64,000 bases of DNA from a virus (IMGVR_UViG_3300040801_001810:38194-102193); one strand, 5' to 3'. Numbered from the stretch's first letter, positions 28,230 to 37,622 are shown. A program made the numbers and translations. Notes: generated from the sequence alone by a model not told the origin.

Positions 28230-28953
28230 AGCAGCCGTATGTATATCAGGATTACCAAGATCGTTTAAAAGAACCCATAAAATGCTAGTAGATAATGTAC
28301 TATCTGCATTTGATAAGGTAGATTGTTTTATTAGTACATGGAATCCAATTGGAGGGGACTTAGGTAGATCAAACTCTAGCCATCATGATGGAACTGCTAA
28401 AGAGTTAATTGATTTATATAATACAAAGCTATATAAAATAGAAGACTATGATTCTAATATGCAAAATAAACTATTAGATAAAATAGGTCGTTCTGCATTA
28501 AGAAACGCAACACTAGCTATGTTTTATAAGATAGAAGACGTTAATAACTTAAGACTTCAGTATGAAAAAAACAATAATGTTAAGTATGACATAGTTATTA
28601 GAACTAGACCTGATCTTAACTTCTTTAACAAGATATCTCAGGACGAAATCAATGATGTTCTTACAAATGGCGGTATATATATGCGAAGAAATTGTGAAGT
28701 ATTCAAAGATGCCTGCGGAATAATAATCAATGATTGTTTTGCATTTGGCCGACCAGAAGAAATGACTACCTACTCAAATATATATAGTAATCTAAGAAAA
28801 ACATTGAATGATCCAAATATAATATGGAATAAAAAACATAGGCTAGGTGGTGATATTAGTCCAGAGAACGTATTTAGATGTTATCTACTTAATAACAATC
28901 TAAATCTTAAATGCTCAAGTATTAAACATAATGTCAAACGGGATGGAGAGTAA
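28219..28953 (+). CDS. putative glycosyltransferase (SGLPR...IRTRPD family)
   Basis: AVCISGLPR, DCFISTW, YDIVIRTRPD, NDCFAFG, SPE. Confidence 0.7.
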   Translation: MMIKAAVCISGLPRSFKRTHKMLVDNVLSAFDKVDCFISTWNPIGGDLGRSNSSHHDGTAKELIDLYNTKLYKIEDYDSNMQNKLLDKIGRSALRNATLAMFYKIEDVNNLRLQYEKNNNVKYDIVIRTRPDLNFFNKISQDEINDVLTNGGIYMRRNCEVFKDACGIIINDCFAFGRPEEMTTYSNIYSNLRKTLNDPNIIWNKKHRLGGDISPENVFRCYLLNNNLNLKCSSIKHNVKRDGE

Positions 28954-29642
28954 TGTTAAATCATTTTTTCTACGAGCTAAAAGATAAATATAAGGGACAA
29001 TCAGTTGCAGTATGTGGGAACGGCCCAACATTTAATGAATTTGATGCAACAAAAAAAGTAGTTACATTTGGTTGTAATCAACATGTTAAGTGTGACTGGA
29101 TAGACTTTGACTACTACTTCATTGGTGATGCTGAATCCCCTAGAAAAGGATACAACAACAATCCAGAACTATATCATGATTACCTAATTAATAAGCACCC
29201 AAAAGGCAATTATATCAGAATAAACGGATATACACCAAACACAGCCAGGTGTGCCCAAGTAAAAAGAGATATACCAACTTGTAATTATTATATAGCAGAT
29301 AAAATGTTTGTAGATGAACATACTATGTCACTAAATCCTTGTGAATCTATGGCTGTTGGAGCAAGTATTGTATTTGATAGTTTACAGGTAGCATTATATA
29401 CTAGACCAAAAAATTTATATCTAGTTGGAATGGACTGCACATTAAACTTAGGCACATTTGTAGACGAAACAACTAACTCTACTAATATAACTGACTCTAA
29501 TAATTTAGCTAATATACATTGGATGGATGTAAAGAAATTTATTACTAGACATTACCCTGACATTAATGTATATTGTATTAATCCAGTCAACATGAGACTG
29601 TTTGAAGAAAAAACTATGGAGGAAATAGTTGAAAACATTTAA
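28953..29642 (+). CDS. sialyltransferase/Maf-like CMP-sugar transferase
   Basis: VAVCGNGPT, FGCN, DYYFIGD, LYLVGMDC, as in the Cst/GT42/Maf-related fold. Confidence 0.7.
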   Translation: MLNHFFYELKDKYKGQSVAVCGNGPTFNEFDATKKVVTFGCNQHVKCDWIDFDYYFIGDAESPRKGYNNNPELYHDYLINKHPKGNYIRINGYTPNTARCAQVKRDIPTCNYYIADKMFVDEHTMSLNPCESMAVGASIVFDSLQVALYTRPKNLYLVGMDCTLNLGTFVDETTNSTNITDSNNLANIHWMDVKKFITRHYPDINVYCINPVNMRLFEEKTMEEIVENI

Positions 29643-30255
29643 GATACAACAATATGCCACTGGTGGAATGATATCAGACATAATAGATGAAGAGAATATA
29701 GAAAACGCTCAAAGAAAAAATAATCAGTTCATTCCAACACTAGACAATACAAAGATTTGTGGTAGAATTAAGACAGTTACTCTAAGAGAAGGTAATGAGC
29801 CATCAATTAGTGTAGATGATATATTTAATTCAACAATGGCAGGAGACGTACTAGTAATTGAAGGATCAATGAAGTGGGCTTACTGGGGCAGAATAATGTC
29901 ATCGTTTGCAAAAATGAAATGCCTTGCAGGAACAGTCATATTAGGATGTAGCAGAGACAAAGCAGATATAGCTGAACTAGATTATCCTGTCTATGCTAAG
30001 GATTTCTTTGGTGTTGATATTAAAAATAGAGGATACGTAGCAGAAATAGGATCAATAATTAATTTTGAAGGAATAACTTATAGACCAAATGATTATCTAT
30101 TCATAGATCAAGAACTACTAACAACTCTACCAGCAAATAGCATTGATTTAATATATAATAAAGTAAATAAACTTAAGCTAAAAGAAGACGAATTAGTTTT
30201 TAAAATCTTTCAAGAAAGAGACGTAAATCTTTTAGTAAAGGAACATAACTTATGA
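29629..30255 (+). CDS. RraA-like / HMG aldolase-family protein
   Basis: ISD, GRIKTV, GDVLVIEG, AYWGRIMS, GCSRD, YPVYA; TTG start after GGAGG. Confidence 0.88.
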   Translation: MKTFKIQQYATGGMISDIIDEENIENAQRKNNQFIPTLDNTKICGRIKTVTLREGNEPSISVDDIFNSTMAGDVLVIEGSMKWAYWGRIMSSFAKMKCLAGTVILGCSRDKADIAELDYPVYAKDFFGVDIKNRGYVAEIGSIINFEGITYRPNDYLFIDQELLTTLPANSIDLIYNKVNKLKLKEDELVFKIFQERDVNLLVKEHNL

Positions 30256-31124
30256 AAAAACCAGAAATAATTTCAATAGACAAAGCAACATCAAGCATAA
30301 CAGACTTTGCGAATGTACTACTAAGAGTAGAGACAACATCAAAGTGTAATAGATCATGTTGGTTCTGTCCACATAGCGAACTTAAAAGACCTAAAGAAAA
30401 CATGAACAGAGACTTGTATAATAAGATAATTAATGATGCAAGTGAAGCTGGAATTAACTCTATGGACATTAGAAATTTTGGTGAACCTTTACTAGATAAA
30501 GATCTAGAAAACAAAATTAAATATGCTAAGGATAGAGGATTTAAGTATGTTGAAATTTATACAAATGGAATACTATTAACTCCAGAAAGATATTCATCTT
30601 TATGTGAAGCAGGAATAACTAGAATAAGAACTAGTTTAATCACAGACCAAGAATATAATACAACTCTTCTAAAAAATCTTGCAGACATTAAACCAAAAGA
30701 AAATATAATATCAATAGAGCTAATAAATATGCCTGAGTCAATGGGAAATTATATCACCATCCTAAGAAAATTAATTGATCTAGAAGTAACTAAAGTTCGT
30801 ATTGTCCCACCTCATAATTGGGGAGATTGGACAACAGAAAACGTAGATAACTCTGGTAAGTGGTGTCATAGATTATGGAGTTCTGTTAATGTATTAACCA
30901 ATGGTCAAGTAGTACTATGTTGTATGGACTATGAAGGAATATATGATCTAGGTAATTGTAATGATCAATCAATTAAAGAAATACTTAACTCAGATAAGTT
31001 TAAAGAATATAGACAAAATCATCTATCTGGAAAACTAGAACCAATTTGTGAAGGATGTCTTAAACCACAACAGGATGAAGCGGGATTACCAATTGAAGTT
31101 TTTCTAAAAGGAATCGAATTATGA
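30252..31124 (+). CDS. radical SAM/SPASM-domain enzyme
   Basis: CNRSCWFC, FGEPLL, YTNG, SPASM/Twitch WCHRLW...VLCCMD...CEGC. Confidence 0.93.
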   Translation: MKKPEIISIDKATSSITDFANVLLRVETTSKCNRSCWFCPHSELKRPKENMNRDLYNKIINDASEAGINSMDIRNFGEPLLDKDLENKIKYAKDRGFKYVEIYTNGILLTPERYSSLCEAGITRIRTSLITDQEYNTTLLKNLADIKPKENIISIELINMPESMGNYITILRKLIDLEVTKVRIVPPHNWGDWTTENVDNSGKWCHRLWSSVNVLTNGQVVLCCMDYEGIYDLGNCNDQSIKEILNSDKFKEYRQNHLSGKLEPICEGCLKPQQDEAGLPIEVFLKGIEL

Positions 31125-31780
31125 AAAAAGTAGTAGCATATATCCACGCTAAGGGTGAAAGCACAAGACTTCCCAATAAAAATATGAAGCTATTAAATGG
31201 AAAGCCTCTTGTATCCTACGCAATAATAGCTGCAATGGAAGCATCACTAGTAACAGAAGTATGTGTAGACAGTGACTCAGAAGAAATCCTAGATGTAGGA
31301 AGAAACCTAGGAGCTAGAGTACTTAAAAGACCAAAGGAGTTAGCTAATAATAACATATCTGGCGATGATTTAATTTGTTGGCAAGCATATAATGCAATAG
31401 ACTCGGACTGTATAGTACAGGTTGTCCCAACATGTCCTTTTACAAAGTCGTCCAGCATCAATAACGCAATAGCATTAATGGAACAGGATCCTTGCCTAAC
31501 ATCAGTAATAGGTGTTAGAAAAGAACCATTATATACTTGGGTAAACGGAAACCCATCATATAGAAAGGGAGGAAGATTACCAACAAGTAATACTCTTCAA
31601 AGAACTATATATGAAACAATGGGACTTTATGTCACAAGGACTAAAAATATTATTACAGAAAAAGTTAGAGTAACCAACGCTTGTCAGCTACTAGAGTTAT
31701 CAGCAATAGAAGCTATTGATATCAACACTGAAGAAGACTTTGAATTTGCAGAAATAGTAGCAAGAGGAATGTCTAAATGA
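31121..31780 (+). CDS. neuA: acylneuraminate/Kdo-type cytidylyltransferase (CMP-ulosonate synthetase)
   Basis: HAKGESTRLPNKNMKLLNGKPL, DSDS, RPKELA, PTCPF, IDINTEEDF. Confidence 0.9.
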   Translation: MKKVVAYIHAKGESTRLPNKNMKLLNGKPLVSYAIIAAMEASLVTEVCVDSDSEEILDVGRNLGARVLKRPKELANNNISGDDLICWQAYNAIDSDCIVQVVPTCPFTKSSSINNAIALMEQDPCLTSVIGVRKEPLYTWVNGNPSYRKGGRLPTSNTLQRTIYETMGLYVTRTKNIITEKVRVTNACQLLELSAIEAIDINTEEDFEFAEIVARGMSK

Positions 31781-32424
31781 ATTTTACCTTTGGAATAATA
31801 ACGGCTGGATCAGATCCAACAATTAGTACTATTGCTACTACAATACGTGAGTTATGTATTCCAAACTATGAAATTATAGTTGTAGGTAACTGCAACCTAA
31901 AAGCTAATGATATTAAAGTTCTAGATTTTGACGAGAGCAAAAAGAGAAGCTGGATTACCAAGAAGAAAAACATGATAACAGAAGCAGCAAGTTATGAAAA
32001 TATTGTGTATCTACATGACTATATAGCATTTGATAAAGATTGGTATAAAGGCTTTAAACTATTTGGAAATGACTTCAAAGTAGTAACTAATATTATACTA
32101 GATAGTAAAGGAAACCGATTCAGAGACTGGGTTGTAGAATACAAAGGAGAAGTTCGCTTTATACCATATGATGTAACAGACCTAAGTAGATTCATGTACA
32201 TTTCTGGTGCATACTTTGTAGCAAAAAAGGACTTCATGTTAGCTAACCCATTAAATGAAAAGCTTTCTTGGGGAGAAGGAGAAGACTGTGAGTGGTCTTA
32301 TAGAGTCAGAAATATAACAGACTTTAAAATTAATCCGCACTCAAAAGTTTTGTTCATTAAACTCAAACAAAATAATACAATATATGCATCGCTAAACGAC
32401 ATTGCTGAAATGAGAAAACTATGA
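31777..32424 (+). CDS. GT2-like glycosyltransferase
   Basis: FTFGIIT, YEIIVVG, YENIVYLHDY, ISGAYFVAK, GEDCEWS. Confidence 0.8.
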   Translation: MNFTFGIITAGSDPTISTIATTIRELCIPNYEIIVVGNCNLKANDIKVLDFDESKKRSWITKKKNMITEAASYENIVYLHDYIAFDKDWYKGFKLFGNDFKVVTNIILDSKGNRFRDWVVEYKGEVRFIPYDVTDLSRFMYISGAYFVAKKDFMLANPLNEKLSWGEGEDCEWSYRVRNITDFKINPHSKVLFIKLKQNNTIYASLNDIAEMRKL

Positions 32425-33761
32425 TTAAGCTAATTATATTTGACTTAGATGGGGTTCTAATTGAGTCAAAAGATATACACTATAAAGCACTTAATAAAGC
32501 TTTAGAAGAATTTAATTATCAACCAATTTCATATAAAGATCACATATCAAAGTTCGATGGAAAATCAACTAGGACAAAACTAACTTTGCTAAATCTAAGT
32601 GAAGACATAGATGATATTAATTCTTTAAAACAAATGTTTACAAAAGAATTACTAAAAAAACATATCGAACCTAAACAGTATACAATTGATCTAATAGTAA
32701 AATTAAAGAATAAGGGGTATAAGATTGCTTGTGCTTCTAATTCTGTAAGAGAGACAATAGATATATCCCTAGAAAAACTAGGTCTCTTACATCTATTTGA
32801 TTATTCTATATCTAATCAAGACGTTAGACAATCAAAACCTAATCCAGAAATGTATCTAAAGTGTATGTTACATTTTGGTGTTGGACCAAGAGAAACATTA
32901 ATAATAGAAGATTCGTATGTAGGAAGACAAGGAGCATTTAATTCTGGAGCAGCAGTGTGTGAAGTAAACAATCCAGATGATGTTGTTTTTAGAAGAATAA
33001 AAAGTGCAATTCGAAAAGCAGAGGGGAAAAAGCTAATGTGGAGAGACGAGAAATTAAATATATTAATACCAATGGCTGGAGCAGGTAGTAGATTTGCCAA
33101 TGCAGGTTACACGTTTCCTAAACCATTAATTGAGGTTAATGGAAAACCAATGATACAAGTAGTTAAAGATAATTTAGCAATGGATGGACAATTTATATTC
33201 ATTGTTAATAGTGAACATTATACTAAATATAATCTAGAGTATATGTTAAATGCTATTTCTCCTAACTGTAAAATTATAACTGTTAATACCTTAACAGAAG
33301 GAGCGGCTTGCACAACACTACTAGCTAAAGAACTAATAGATAATGATTGTCAATTACTAATAGCTAACTCGGATCAATATATAGACTGGAATAGCTCTGA
33401 ATTTATGTACTCTCTTCAAGGAGAACATGTTGATGGAGGAATTCTTACATTTGAAAATAGTCACCCTAAATGGTCATATGCTAAAACAAAAGACGGTTTT
33501 GTAACTACTGTCCAGGAAAAGAAAGTTATATCTAATGAAGCAACAGTAGGTATATACCATTGGAAAAAGGGATCAGATTATGTTAAATATGCAGAACAGA
33601 TGATTACTAAAGATATTAGAGTTAATAATGAGTTCTACGTAGCACCTGTATATAATGAAGCAATAGAAGATGGCAAGAAATTTAAGACATACAAAGTAGA
33701 CGCAATGTATGGTCTAGGTACGCCAGAAGATCTAACAACTTTTTTAAAGAAAAAGCAATGA
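32421..33761 (+). CDS. HAD phosphatase / sugar nucleotidyltransferase fusion
   Basis: FDLDGVL, ASNS, KPNPE, IIEDS; then IPMAGAGSRF..GYTFPKPLI, TEGAACT, ANSDQ, NNEFYVAP, LGTPEDL. Confidence 0.92.
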   Translation: MIKLIIFDLDGVLIESKDIHYKALNKALEEFNYQPISYKDHISKFDGKSTRTKLTLLNLSEDIDDINSLKQMFTKELLKKHIEPKQYTIDLIVKLKNKGYKIACASNSVRETIDISLEKLGLLHLFDYSISNQDVRQSKPNPEMYLKCMLHFGVGPRETLIIEDSYVGRQGAFNSGAAVCEVNNPDDVVFRRIKSAIRKAEGKKLMWRDEKLNILIPMAGAGSRFANAGYTFPKPLIEVNGKPMIQVVKDNLAMDGQFIFIVNSEHYTKYNLEYMLNAISPNCKIITVNTLTEGAACTTLLAKELIDNDCQLLIANSDQYIDWNSSEFMYSLQGEHVDGGILTFENSHPKWSYAKTKDGFVTTVQEKKVISNEATVGIYHWKKGSDYVKYAEQMITKDIRVNNEFYVAPVYNEAIEDGKKFKTYKVDAMYGLGTPEDLTTFLKKKQ

Positions 33762-34357
33762 TACATTGTATAGGAAATAGTCACGTAAGAGCATTTTCAG
33801 CAAGCAACATAGCAGCTCATCACATTGGACCAGTAATAGCCTATAATTTTTTAGAACATCATTTCTTTAAAATAAAAGGACATTTACGATTAATATCTAA
33901 TAATGATTATGTTTCTTTAATAGCTGGAGAAGTAGATTGTAGATATCATTTACCGCTACAAGCTGATACACAAGGGAAAACAGATATAGAAGTTACAACT
34001 GACTGTGTTGATAGATTCTTTAGATGTTTTAAGATATTAAAAGATGAAAACTATAACCTAATTGCATTTGCTACACACCCAACCACTACGGAACCTCATG
34101 ATATGAGTGACCCTACAAATAAACCTATATATTCCTCTTGCATTCGACGTAACAATATATGTATATTATGGAACAGAAGATTAAAAGAGCTATGTGATAA
34201 TGAAGATATACCATTTATATCGATATACGAAAAGCTAGTTGATGAAAACAACATAACTAAGATGGAATACTTTGAAGATTATTGTCACTTAGATGGAGAG
34301 AAAGTTAAACCTTTAATAGAAGAAGCTTTAAGAGATGCACACATTAAAATTGTCTGA
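33758..34357 (+). CDS. SGNH-hydrolase-fold protein (acyl esterase or transferase)
   Basis: IGNSHV, GEVDCR, DYCHL. Confidence 0.7.
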   Translation: MIHCIGNSHVRAFSASNIAAHHIGPVIAYNFLEHHFFKIKGHLRLISNNDYVSLIAGEVDCRYHLPLQADTQGKTDIEVTTDCVDRFFRCFKILKDENYNLIAFATHPTTTEPHDMSDPTNKPIYSSCIRRNNICILWNRRLKELCDNEDIPFISIYEKLVDENNITKMEYFEDYCHLDGEKVKPLIEEALRDAHIKIV

Positions 34358-34664
34358 TATGATTAAAGGTTGGTTCGTAGGCAACTTCGATCAGACCGCC
34401 CTCAAAACAGATGCTTGTGAAGTAGCAGTTAAGAATTATACTGCTGGTGACTACGACCAAGCACACTACCATAAAATAGCAACAGAAGTAACGGTTATAT
34501 CTAAAGGTATGGTTCAAATGAATGAAATGGACTATGTTGCAGGAGATATAATTGTTATTGAACCAAACGATGTAACAGATTTCAAAGCACTAACAGACGC
34601 TCAAACAGTAGTAGTAAAAATTCCTGGCGAATTGGATGATAAGTATGAAGTTGATCGCTCATAG
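34335..34664 (+). CDS. cupin-domain protein (sugar isomerase-like)
   Basis: MIKGWFVGNF, HYHKIATEVTVISKG, GDIIVIEP. Confidence 0.85.
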   Translation: MHTLKLSDMIKGWFVGNFDQTALKTDACEVAVKNYTAGDYDQAHYHKIATEVTVISKGMVQMNEMDYVAGDIIVIEPNDVTDFKALTDAQTVVVKIPGELDDKYEVDRS

Positions 34665-35103
34665 GGGAAATATCAAAGGTTCTTCTGTAAAAGAAAATAC
34701 AATAGACCATATACTAACGGCACTAGATTTAAAATTAGATGTTGAAGTCGATGTGTGGTGTATTAATAAAATATTTTGGCTGGGTCACGATAAACCTAAA
34801 GAAGTGATGCCTAAATGGTTACTAGATAAATATAAAAATCAACTTTGGTTTCATGCAAAAGATATTTCTACACTGGATAAGCTTTTAGAGTTTGAAACAA
34901 CTTGTTTTTTTCATAACATCGACGATTGTACTCTAACATCTAATGGATATATTTGGACTTACCCAAATAAAGAACTAGTAGGAAAACGATCAATTGCTGT
35001 TATTAATAACAAATTAGATTTATATAGCAAGACAGACCTTAAAAAATGTTATGCTATCTGTACTGATTACCCTAAACAACTAAAAGAGGAATTAAATGAT
35101 TAA
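34636..35103 (+). CDS. glycerophosphodiester-phosphodiesterase-like protein
   Basis: IAHRGN, ENT, VEVDVW, LGHD, WFHAK, ICTDYP. Confidence 0.8.
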   Translation: MISMKLIAHRGNIKGSSVKENTIDHILTALDLKLDVEVDVWCINKIFWLGHDKPKEVMPKWLLDKYKNQLWFHAKDISTLDKLLEFETTCFFHNIDDCTLTSNGYIWTYPNKELVGKRSIAVINNKLDLYSKTDLKKCYAICTDYPKQLKEELND

Positions 35104-36250
35104 TATTTATGCCCCAATTAACAACCTTGGCTATGGTATACATGCCAACAATATGATAAAAGCTTTATATGAAGCTGGAGAAGACATGAACCTATCAACA
35201 ATAGGACAAGTACAAAGCGATCCATACTTTGAACCATTCTGGAAGCCTGCAGCAGAGAATTTAATTAACTTTGACTCTAAGGCACCATCACTATTTATTT
35301 TCCATGATGAGCATAGTAATAGATCTTGTGGCTCACCAAACCTTGTTTTTTCTGTATTCGAGACAACTAAACTAAAACTATTATCTCAAAAAATGTTAAA
35401 CAATGGTCCTGCTGATATAGTATTAACCACAACTAAAGAACATAAAGAGTTATTATCTACACAGATAGATAAACCAATTCATGTAGTTAATGAAGGAGTA
35501 GACGATAGTATCTTTAATACCATACCAGTAGACCCTTATATTGATACTGGTAAGTTCACATATGTCACTGTTGGTAAACAAGAAGAGCGTAAGAACACAG
35601 ACATGATTATTAAAGAGTTCTTAACTACTATGAAAGACAAAGAAGTAGCCCTAATATGTCATTCTTTTAATATGTTCCTACATACAGATCAAAAGGAACA
35701 TCCTTTTACTAATCTATCATGTTGGACAGGAATCAATCCTATCTCTCATAACTTTGAGTATAAAGGATTCGATGGAAAAGCTCATAAATTCACATATGAT
35801 AAGTGTGATATTTATTTTACGGCACCAGTTATACCCACCCCTCAGATGGGTTCTCTATATCATTCAGCTAATGTTGGTATCCAAATCAGTAGAGCTGAAG
35901 GCTGGGATCTACCTCTAACAGAGATGCTTGCCACAGGAATGCCTGTAATAGCCTCTAAATGCATTGGACATAATGAGTACCTAGATAGTGCTCCAGAAGA
36001 CCAACAGCGCTTAAACGTAGCCCTAGATGGTCTAGAAGAAGCCAAGGACAATATGTGGTTTAAAGATGGAGGAGTAGGTGCTTGGGGAAAGGTTAATCCT
36101 GTTGATCTAAGAGAGAAACTAATTACTACTTTTGATAATCAAGAGATATATACTGGTAAAAACGACATAATCGCAGACTATATGAGTGAGAATTTTTCCT
36201 GGAAAAAATCCGTTGTAAAATTAATGGAGATAATTAACGCTGCTAAATAA
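35096..36250 (+). CDS. GT4-like glycosyltransferase
   Basis: LGYGIH, FETT, EGVD, GKQEERKN, SRAEGWDLPLTEMLATGMPVI. Confidence 0.9.
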   Translation: MINIYAPINNLGYGIHANNMIKALYEAGEDMNLSTIGQVQSDPYFEPFWKPAAENLINFDSKAPSLFIFHDEHSNRSCGSPNLVFSVFETTKLKLLSQKMLNNGPADIVLTTTKEHKELLSTQIDKPIHVVNEGVDDSIFNTIPVDPYIDTGKFTYVTVGKQEERKNTDMIIKEFLTTMKDKEVALICHSFNMFLHTDQKEHPFTNLSCWTGINPISHNFEYKGFDGKAHKFTYDKCDIYFTAPVIPTPQMGSLYHSANVGIQISRAEGWDLPLTEMLATGMPVIASKCIGHNEYLDSAPEDQQRLNVALDGLEEAKDNMWFKDGGVGAWGKVNPVDLREKLITTFDNQEIYTGKNDIIADYMSENFSWKKSVVKLMEIINAAK

Positions 36251-36281
36251 TATACTAATTAGGTATTTAAAGGATTAAATT

Positions 36282-36569
36282 ATGAATACTAAAAGAAAAA
36301 AAGTAATAGATACAATCTATAATAAAAGAACAGAGATACATTATAATAGATGGTTCATTAGACCAGCAAAAGATAAAAAGGTTAAAATTGAACTTCAAGG
36401 TAAAATTAAATGCCCTCTATTAAATACTAATATTTCTTCATTAGTATGTTCTAAGCTAATGGATAGAGATGATTGGCCACGAGGCATTGATGATACAGTA
36501 TGCAAAGAATGCAATTGTTTCATTAATCTTTCAATCCAAAAGTTTCAGGATAAAAAGAAAAAGGAATAA
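36282..36569 (+). CDS. hypothetical Cys-containing protein
   Basis: 95 aa, AAGGA RBS, CP...C...CKECNC. Confidence 0.7.
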   Translation: MNTKRKKVIDTIYNKRTEIHYNRWFIRPAKDKKVKIELQGKIKCPLLNTNISSLVCSKLMDRDDWPRGIDDTVCKECNCFINLSIQKFQDKKKKE

Positions 36570-36571
36570 TT

Positions 36572-37114
36572 ATGGGACAGGGAGAATCCAAAAAGACTGA
36601 CAGTAAAAAAATTGTTTACATCGTAGGAGAAGTAAATGAGGGAACCACAGAACAAATCTTAAGAGAAGTAGTTGAAACAAATTGGAAGGAAGATTCAATT
36701 AAAGAGTTAGACATTTATATTGTATCTGAAGGAGGCTACTTAAGAGACTGTTTTGCAATTATAGATCTTATTACTCTACTAAGAAAAGAGAAAAATATCA
36801 CTGTCAATACTTATGGACTAGGTGAGATAGCTAGTGCAGGATTCTTCCTTTTCCTTTTAGGAGATAAACGATTTTTATATCCAAGTTGCCGAGTATTCGT
36901 ACATGAACACATAACCATTAATGATGAAAAAACATATGGCGAAAGATTAAAAGCTGATAGGACAGAAGAAAAAGAAGTATACGATAACTACGTTAGTTTT
37001 ACAGCAAGTAGATTAGATATCTCTATAACAAAAGCTAAAAACCTATTAAAGAAAAATAAATGGCTGACTAAAAAAGAAATAGAGAAGCATAATATTAAAA
37101 ATGTGGGGATATAA
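36572..37114 (+). CDS. clpP: ClpP-like serine protease
   Basis: IYIVSEGG, FAIID, GEIASAG (Ser), KRFLYPSCRVFVHE (His). Confidence 0.88.
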   Translation: MGQGESKKTDSKKIVYIVGEVNEGTTEQILREVVETNWKEDSIKELDIYIVSEGGYLRDCFAIIDLITLLRKEKNITVNTYGLGEIASAGFFLFLLGDKRFLYPSCRVFVHEHITINDEKTYGERLKADRTEEKEVYDNYVSFTASRLDISITKAKNLLKKNKWLTKKEIEKHNIKNVGI

Positions 37115-37341
37115 TGGAAATTGATATACTAGATGCACTATTAGGAAAAGAAAATGCTATTATAGAACATGAAGCCAAAGAATTAGCTATGCCTAAAAGG
37201 TGCAGTACATGTAAATGTGCTCCAATATGTAGTTTTTTACCAACATTTATTAACATTTCCAAGTATGGAATCTATCTAGGGGTAGAAGAATGTCATTTTT
37301 ACAGCCAAGAAACAAAGACGGAATCAACGAAAAAAGGGTAA
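37114..37341 (+). CDS. small Cys-rich (Zn-binding) protein
   Basis: CSTCKCAPIC...ECHFY. Confidence 0.65.
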   Translation: MEIDILDALLGKENAIIEHEAKELAMPKRCSTCKCAPICSFLPTFINISKYGIYLGVEECHFYSQETKTESTKKG

Positions 37342-37565
37342 TCGCTGCTCTTAAGAAACAAGTAGCAAGAGTTAGACATAAGTTTGACTCTCCAGCTGCA
37401 TTGTTTACATCTATAAGAGGTAACTTTAGCAGACTAGAATTAATGATAATAGATTCTGCTTTAAAGAATATGTCAATGGATAACCTCGATAGAACGCTAT
37501 TATTGAAACACGATCAGTACTTCGAACTGTGTCAATCTGTAACAGATAAGCTTAAACCATTATAA
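37290..37565 (+). CDS. hypothetical protein
   Basis: 91-aa ORF filling the operon. Confidence 0.6.
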   Translation: MSFLQPRNKDGINEKRVIAALKKQVARVRHKFDSPAALFTSIRGNFSRLELMIIDSALKNMSMDNLDRTLLLKHDQYFELCQSVTDKLKPL

Positions 37566-37566
37566 A

Positions 37567-37610
37567 AATCAATGACTTACGTAGCACCAAAAACTGGCAC
37601 GGTTTTTGAG
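37567..37610 (+). promoter_or_regulatory. IHF site plus sigma54 (-24/-12) promoter
   Basis: AATCAATGACTTA (37567-37579) matches WATCAANNNNTTR; TGGCAC-GGTTT-TTGA (37595-37609) matches TGGCAC-N5-TTGC except at the last base. Confidence 0.7.
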
Positions 37611-37622
37611 GTATTATAACAT

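Noticed and set aside
17647-36250. Bacterial LPS/capsule island or chromosomal contamination
   Set aside because: It is contiguous with the phage modules, similar in composition, and lacks flippase, polymerase, export and initiating transferase genes.
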